Shown piece by piece: positions 44,420-44,859 of a stretch of 44,859 bases of DNA. Made by a program: the position numbers and the translations under genes. Every line of letters starts with the position of its first letter. Positions within the stretch are counted from its first letter, which is position 1. The stretch comes from a phage. Below the pieces are notes generated by a model. That model ran no database searches, was not told where the DNA came from, and saw nothing but the letters and a program-made list of their open reading frames with translations. The DNA lies in the sequence record PX290280.1; one strand, given 5' to 3'.

Positions 44420-44859
44420 TAATATCTTAGTGTACACAAGGGCAGACCTAGGTTTGCTCTTAGTGTAATCCAAGGAGGTAACATGCAAGAGGGGAATTGG
44501 GATGTGTAATGTTGGATATGGAGAAGGTTGAACCTTAGTGTTGTACAAGGATTAACCAAAGTCAAAATTTTGATATAGGCGTGTGTGAGGTGTCTCGCCC
44601 TCGCCCTCGCCGGATTTCCCCCATATGGGGCCGCGCTGCGGTTGGCTTGGGAATTGGGCTAGGCTGGTCCGTCTTCGACGGGTGGCCTAGGGCTTGCCGA
44701 AGTCTGCTCTTAGTGGCTGCACAAGGAGAACGCCTAGGAAGCGCTAGGGCACGCCTTAGTATTGGACAAGGTGATTGCCTTAGCGCAACCGCTTAGGGCT
44801 TACACAGGCCGTTTTAGGGCCATTCCTGAGCATTTGACAGGGTGAGCGTGGGTGGGCTA
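44420..44859. repeat. Right-end repeat region, GC-rich, probably part of the terminal repeat
   Basis: Reiterated CTTAGTG-N(6-9)-CAAGG units; 44438-44454 is identical to 6549-6565; GC content clearly above the genome average. Confidence 0.55.

Noticed and set aside
44581-44796. 71-aa + strand ORF in the GC-rich right end
   Set aside because: Lies in the repeat-rich terminal region, has no ribosome-binding site, and its Gly/Arg/Ala-rich translation is what GC-rich non-coding DNA produces.
1-44859. tRNA genes, CRISPR arrays, integrase or other mobile-element signatures
   Set aside because: No cloverleaf-compatible tRNA-like segments, no regularly spaced direct repeats with spacers, and no recombinase or transposase motifs were seen; the repeats present are short palindromes and terminal arrays.

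Overview
The window reads as a near-complete genome of a lytic T7-supergroup podophage of the SP6 / K1E / K1-5 type, with every credible gene on the + strand. Calls rest on ORF structure, ribosome-binding sites and motif matches to families recalled from memory; no database search was run. Gene order is: left-end repeats and overlapping small early genes, an Ocr-like DNA mimic, a single-subunit RNA polymerase very similar to SP6 RNAP, a candidate origin, primase/helicase, DNA polymerase (frame-broken as written), exonuclease, endonuclease VII, a metallophosphoesterase, ligase, a GNAT acetyltransferase, then portal, scaffold, capsid, tail tube, internal virion proteins, tailspike adaptor, holin, terminase, endolysin, spanins and two tailspikes. 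Twelve copies of a phage promoter (consensus ATTTACTGGACACTATAGAAGGA) and seven copies of a 16-bp palindrome GTCTCAC(A/G)TGTGAGAC punctuate the genome. The most unusual candidates are a small ribbon-helix-helix-like ORF translationally coupled to the GNAT acetyltransferase (toxin-antitoxin-like architecture), the apparent -1 frameshift in the DNA polymerase gene, and the Ocr-like protein. No tRNA, CRISPR array or integrase was seen.
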